Positions 24,092-64,000 of a DNA stretch of 64,000 bases are shown here, piece by piece (positions within the stretch are counted from its first letter, which is position 1; each line of letters starts with the position of its first letter). The DNA comes from Euglena gracilis (Eukaryota). A program made the translations under genes and the position numbers. A model generated the notes under the pieces. That model was not told the origin of the DNA, searched no databases, and saw nothing but the letters and a program-made list of their open reading frames with translations. The DNA lies in assembly GCA_039621445.1 (NCBI GenBank), contig CP154954.1:18648642-18712641 (forward strand), in the 5' to 3' direction.

Positions 24092-24355
24092 TACACTGTG
24101 GGGCCTCGCTGGTCGACTCTCAAAACTCCCCTTACCCCACCCCGTTTCCCGACGATGCTTGTACCATCTCCTCCGCCTCCTCTTCCACGTCCTCACCGAC
24201 CTGCGCACGGATTCTCTCATACAACTGACAACTGGCCGCCTGCTCTCCCTCTCTCTTCGCCCTCCGCTCCATCAACTGGCTCCTCCTCCTCATACTAAAA
24301 TACTACAGTAACCCCAACCCGGCCCCCCCCCTCCAAGGAACTCGCGCTCCGCGGC

Positions 24356-25857
24356 TTGGGCCAACGCGGCTCATACGCCATCCCCCCACCTATCTGGGAT
24401 TCTGTTGTGCCCCCCACCCTCATCCGCACCCTCCTCCGACACCCGCCGCCGCCACCCTCCCTTCAACGACGCCCATCCCCACTCACCGTGATCCTCCTTC
24501 ACTCCCTGGCACGGGACGGTTTCCTCCTCCCCCTACCACCACCCTCCGGGGACTTCCACCCCTTCTCCAACCTTGCTTCCTTTATCCACCCCAAAAACAG
24601 CAGCAAAGTCAGCTTCATTGCCGACTTACGTTGGGCTAACACCTTTTCCGAGCCTCCCCCCTTCCACCTCCCATCCCTGTCCCATATCTCCGAAACCATC
24701 TCCAGGTTCCCCCCTGGCACTCTCTGGGCCACCACCATCGACTTAACCAACTTTTTCTGGAGCCTCGAACTCCCCCCCGCTGCCAAATACGCCTTCCGCA
24801 CCGCATCCTTCTACTTCCCTTGCCTCCCGTTTGGCTGGAACCTTTCCCCTGTACTTGCCCAACTCACACTCCAAGATCTTATTAACCGCGCTGTTTCCTC
24901 CCTCCCTCCCCCCCACGTTGCACCACGGCATGACGACTTCTCATCTTCACCTATTATGACACCCTATGCAGCCTTGTCACCAATACCATTACCTCCACCC
25001 TTCGATCATGCAACCTCCTCATCTCCCCCAAATCCTCGCTCCTACCCACACAAGCTATCACATGGCTGGGCAAGGTGTTCAACCTCTGCCACCGAACAAT
25101 CGGAAACACCGCCGCCACAGAGCAGAAAGCACTCGCCCTCTCACTTCTCTGCACGTTTATGCCCCTCCATCCCCAGGTCATCGACCGCCTCACCGGCTTT
25201 ATGTTGTGGTACCACCGCCCACACCGCGGAACAACACTGCTCCTTCGGGGGTGGTACCTCACAAAGTACACCCTTGGTCGTATAGACCACGCTTTCCCCA
25301 AACTCCGACGGGCCCTCTTTCACCTCCTCCTGCAAGGCCTTACGCCATGGCAGGCTGTCGACGCCATCCCCCCTTCCTTCTTCAACCCGCTGATCTTCGC
25401 CGACGCCGCCATCTCCGCCAGCGGCTGCCAAATCGGCCTTTACTGCCCAACCGTCGGCTGCCGCATCCAACGTATGCATTGCCCATCCATCTCCCAACAA
25501 CGTGCCGAGTTACTCGCCCTGGAACAGGCCGTCCACTTCGCCTATAACACTGGTCTCCACCCTTGCACCATTGTTGGTGACAATGTCTCCACCCTACACC
25601 TCCTCTCTCACTTTACCCCCTCCCTGTCAAACCAATCCCTGTGTAAGGACCTCCGCCGCTTGCTAAACTTCATTATCCGTACCAAACTCACTGCCCATCT
25701 CCTATGGTGCCCTTCCTCCATTCAACCAGCCGACCCAATCTCTCGATGGCACCTCTCCCCCCACCTATCACTCCCAAACCAATCAGTCGAAGACAGATTC
25801 GCCTCACTCTGCCAATCCTTCCACCGCTGCCGCCTCATCGGCATGCTCCACGGATGA
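24356..25857 (+). pseudogene. Reverse transcriptase-RNase H (frameshift near 24940)
   Basis: PK...FIADLRWAN, IDLTNFFW, LPFGWNLSP, HDDF, then in another frame LIFT...ISPKS...ITWLGK. RNase H: FADAA, QQRAELLAL, GDN, ADPISR. Confidence 0.9.
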
Positions 25858-26120
25858 CGGCGGGTGTGTTGTCCATTCCCATGTCTTCGCTTGCTTCGCG
25901 GATCCTACGATCTCTGATCGCCAGATCCGCGACAGGCAATTAGGCATCAAAGATACCCTCCACTATCCCTCTAGTGCCTTTCACGAAGGAAGAACACTCT
26001 CCACACCACCTCAGCTGACCACTGATGCTCCATCGTGTCCCCGTTGAGGTATTGTACGATAGCTGACCAGCTAAGAACGCTGCCGCCACCTTTGGGTGTG
26101 TTGTCCATTCCCATGTCTTC

Positions 26121-27609
26121 AGAATGGAGGGCAACAACACGGCGGGTAGCACAGCTTCACCCAGACCGTGCCCCGGGCCCAGGGAGATGTCTCTTTTGGC
26201 CCTCGCCACAAGGAGAAACTCCTCATGACTCCCTGTGCGGCCACAGGTCGCCGGTAGATACTATGGGTGTAAAGTACATAAAGGTTGTACGGAGTGCCGT
26301 GCCCGTCCTGCGGTCCATGGTTAGAGGAAAATGGGAAAGTCCCATCTTCAATATATACGGCGGCGGGGGGGGGGGAGTGTGTGCTTTGCCTGCCACTGTT
26401 GGCGTGTTTGTGTCATTGGCTGGTTGGCTGATTTGTGCCTGGGGTGGTTTCACAGCCGTCCGAGAGTGGCTGATTTGTGCCTGGGGTTGTTTCAGAGCCG
26501 TCCGAGAGTGGAGGTGAGAAAGCTGGCCTCATGGCCATTGCTTTGTGTGGGCCACCGAAGGTGGTAGAGGTGGTCGGTGCCCTGGATGAAGTCACACTCA
26601 AAAGTATGGGGAATGCGTACCACCGCTATTGCAATCAAGTAGTTGCTCAGGGCACTGTCCCCATGCCAGTTGTCTTGCCAACTCGCGCATCAAAGCCATT
26701 CCAAGTCCCTGCCATGCACTGGCCTCCACACCCCGCCTCTCCCAGCCGTTATGTTGGCTTGTTTGGAGGCGGATGCATGTGGAGACGAATCCTTGGCCTG
26801 CTTCACTCATGCCACCGTAGCAGTCCATCACCAGTGGGATAAATGTCCAGCCTCGTCGCTTGCAAGGGTCCCCATACTTGGCAATTTTGTCTTCTTCCTG
26901 TCGAGTGTGCCAATTGTCCACCTGAGCTGGAGGTGACCTGGAGGGTGCTAGTGGGTGTCTGACTGTGACATCAATGGCTGCGGGTCCATTTGCGTCAAAT
27001 CGAGTGATGAAAACATCGCCCGGTCGAGTTCCGTCCTCAGCTTTTTCTTCTCGACGTGCAGGAAAGCCAGCTCGCTGTGCCAGGTTCAGGACAAAGCTTT
27101 GCACTGCCCCGTGCCGCCGAACGAGGTTGTTACGGTGGCAGCAGACGAGGTGGTGGCCGGCTGTGTCAAGTGGGCTCATGCATCGTGGACATGCGGGAGA
27201 GTGGCTCTCTTCTGTTTTTACCACAGGAGCGCCAAGCGTCCATTGGAGGAGGGCAACAAATTCTTTCGTGGGAACAAGGGTTTTTGTGCCAGCAGAGGGG
27301 ACTGCACACGTCCAGGCCATGGCATGAGGCCTTGTTTGGCAGGAAAATCGGATGGCATCGGATCCGGACAGGGAGTTTTGCAGTTTCTTTTGGCGCAGCA
27401 TTGAGCAGACGTTCCCCCAGTGTTTCTGTGACACCATTTCTCGTGGTAGTTGGGTGGCACGGGTGGAGTCATCTGTTAAGGCCTGCAGGGGTTGACCTTC
27501 AACACCAACGATCTTCAGCAATGTCAGTGCGGAGTCAAAATCTGGTGGTTTCATACTGCGGATTACGAAGTCCGGAAGTCCCAACAACGTTTCAGCCCTT
27601 TGGAGGAAG
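26121..27609 (-). mobile_element. 5'-truncated RLE-type (CRE-like) non-LTR retrotransposon
   Basis: 12-bp TSD TCCCATGTCTTC at 26109-26120 and 27610-27621. The reading frame is open right up to the 5' junction. Confidence 0.9.
26598..27608 (-). CDS. C-terminal zinc knuckle plus restriction-like endonuclease domain of a non-LTR retrotransposon (partial)
   Basis: CPRC...HHLVCC, RRH, RPGDV, AIDVTV and EEDKIAKY motifs. Confidence 0.88.
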   Translation of the reverse strand, partial: FLQRAETLLGLPDFVIRSMKPPDFDSALTLLKIVGVEGQPLQALTDDSTRATQLPREMVSQKHWGNVCSMLRQKKLQNSLSGSDAIRFSCQTRPHAMAWTCAVPSAGTKTLVPTKEFVALLQWTLGAPVVKTEESHSPACPRCMSPLDTAGHHLVCCHRNNLVRRHGAVQSFVLNLAQRAGFPARREEKAEDGTRPGDVFITRFDANGPAAIDVTVRHPLAPSRSPPAQVDNWHTRQEEDKIAKYGDPCKRRGWTFIPLVMDCYGGMSEAGQGFVSTCIRLQTSQHNGWERRGVEASAWQGLGMALMRELARQLAWGQCPEQLLDCNSGGTHSPYF

Positions 27610-27842
27610 TCCCATGTCTTCGCTTGCTTCGCGGATCAGCCAAGCGCGGAAGATTAGGATTCAACATTTCGCCTTGAAGCCCGCGTTTCCAAGCTTTTTC
27701 TTTTTTTTTCTTTTTTTTTGAGATAATTTGGGCCAAGCTACCAATCGGGATGGTCCACATGAAATTTTGTGCCATCTTCACGGTTCATGGCAACACCACG
27801 ATTCCTCGTCCGCCTGTACAATTGTCGCAAGCGCTGATTGCC

Positions 27843-27854
27843 ATCCTTCCTCAG
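27843..27854 (+). promoter_or_regulatory. Candidate spliced-leader trans-splice (or 5'UTR intron) acceptor of the HADHA-like gene
   Basis: ATCCTTCCTCAG lies 16 nt upstream of ATG 27871. SL use is inferred from the lineage. Confidence 0.5.
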
Positions 27855-27870
27855 GATCGGACTGGAAGAC

Positions 27871-62453
<34,583 letters not shown>

Positions 62454-62606
62454 GTGAGGTGCGAACTGCTGCAGAGATTCCTTTTGGACAGAATATAAAA
62501 GGCCGAAAATTGTTTCAAAAAAAGACAAATGGCAGCTGCATGGATGGGAGTAGAGGGTGACTATACTCTGACAGCATTATTATACATGACTAAAAGGTAG
62601 AGATAC

Positions 62607-64000
62607 TGGCCGGGAAATGGGGCGAGATTGTGACGTGGATGTGTATATGAATGCAGAACTGCAATGGTGTCAACAAAGGGTGTCTACACGGGCCAGAATG
62701 GGTTTGGAGGGAGCCCAACCTGGGACGAAGGGTTGGGGGACGGGCAGTTGCTGAATTGGTGTTGGCGGGGGCGGACGGATGGTGTCCTCCTGGCAGCGGT
62801 GATGACCCCCAAGTCCCCAGAGTCATCGCATGATGGATGGTCAAACCTCAGAGAAGTCTGAGCTGCCCCCTGGAAGATTGTTCCCGGTTGGGCGGGGTGT
62901 GGGCTGGGCCGGGGTCGGCATTGGTTTCGCTTTTAGCGCACACGAAATCGCACAGCACAACAGGTGCGCACGCACACGGGCGCAGAGACACAGACCCAGA
63001 CCCAGGCGGGAAGGGGGGTTGGGGAGGAGGTGTGGTAACCAACCTGCATGGGGGCTCGATGATGCCAACCCACAAGTCTTCTGCTCTGTAATGCACATCT
63101 CAACTTGGTCGATGCTACTGAGGCCCCTGGAACACCTGTTTGGTCGTGTTCCCGCACGACAGGTGATTTTTTTTTCCAAGGCTGATTGGGGCCCGTCCTT
63201 TTCTGTTACAGCCTGCGCATTGGACGGGTGACGTTGCTGGCTGGAAAATGGGGGTTGAGAGGGCTGGCCGCGGGGTGTGGCTGCGTGGAATGGCGGCTGT
63301 TTTGGCCGCAGTCACTCCAGCGAGCAGGAGGCAGGGCCATGGGTGGTTGGCTCACCACCAACTGCGTGTTGGTGGTGAGATTTTTTCACGCAAAAAAAAG
63401 CATATTCATCCACACCCACAAACACTGTGTGGTTGTGGGTTGGTGTGGGGGGGAGGGGTTGGCAGCCTTAATATCCTCCAGCACGCCAATCCGATGGTGC
63501 TGCTGGCCGGAAAATGGGGCGAGATTGTGACGTGGATGTTTACAGGAATGCAGAACAGCAATGGTGTCAACAAAGGGTGTCTACACGGGCCGGACTGGGT
63601 TTGGAGGGAGCCCAACCTGGGACGAAGGGTTGGGGGATGGGCAGTTGCTGAATTGGTGTTGGCGGGGGCGGACGGATGGTGTCCTCCTGGCAGCGGTGAT
63701 GACCCCCAAGTCCCCAGAGTCATCGCATGATGGATGGTCAAACCTCAGAGACGTCTGAGCTGCCCCCTGGAGAATTGTTCCCGGTTGGGTGGGGTGTGGG
63801 CTGGGCCGGGGTCGGCATTGGTTTCGCTTTTAGCGCACACGAAATCGCACAGCACAACAGGTGCGCACGCACACGGGCGCAGAGACACAGACCCAGACCC
63901 AGGCGGGAAGGGGGGTTGGGGAGGAGGTGTGGTAACCAACCCGCATGGGGGCTCGATGATGCCAACCCACAAGTCTTCTGCTCTGTGATGCACATCTCAA
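62607..64000. repeat. About 897-bp tandem repeat (1.5 copies visible)
   Basis: Sequence from ~62607 recurs nearly identically from ~63504 to the window end. Confidence 0.9.

Larger units (their letters stand above)
20265..27637 (+). mobile_element. Tyrosine-recombinase (DIRS-order; VIPER/TATE/Ngaro-like) retrotransposon with split direct repeats
   Basis: A1 20265-20361 equals A2 25902-25998 (97 bp). B1 25862-25904 equals B2 26094-26120 plus 27622-27637. ATC occurs at both ends and at the internal B/A junction. Contains gag, YR, RT and RNase H coding regions. Confidence 0.93.

Noticed and set aside
23286-24311. 341-aa ORF as an independent gene
   Set aside because: Mostly a Pro/Ser-rich shadow frame of the C-rich recombinase gene. 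Only its last ~70 codons might belong to a broken pol N-terminus.

Overview
Eukaryotic, extremely repeat-rich DNA, most likely from a euglenid. This is inferred from a mix of GT-AG introns (GTRTG-type donors) and non-GT-AG stem-forming introns, spliced-leader-type acceptors and TTAGGG repeats. The host gene is a mitochondrial trifunctional beta-oxidation enzyme alpha subunit (HADHA/FadJ-like). I assembled 21 phase-consistent exons from 27871 to 62453, and the gene runs off the right end. Three of its introns lack GT-AG ends and a fourth is ambiguous. One of them (39672-40077) is exactly a hAT-type MITE with CAG...CTG inverted termini and an 8-bp target duplication. Directly upstream lies a complete tyrosine-recombinase retrotransposon (20265-27637; split direct repeats; gag-YR-RT/RNaseH order). 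Its first polyprotein carries a DNA N6-adenine methyltransferase domain bracketed by two 2A-like ribosome-skipping motifs. A 5'-truncated RLE (CRE-like) non-LTR element is inserted into its terminal repeat. The rest is nested DNA transposons/MITEs (hAT-, Mutator-, CACTA- and mariner-like, plus an unassigned 5-bp-TSD family), satellites and microsatellites. Most ORFs in the supplied track are spurious. All protein calls rest on motif recognition by eye, not on database searches.
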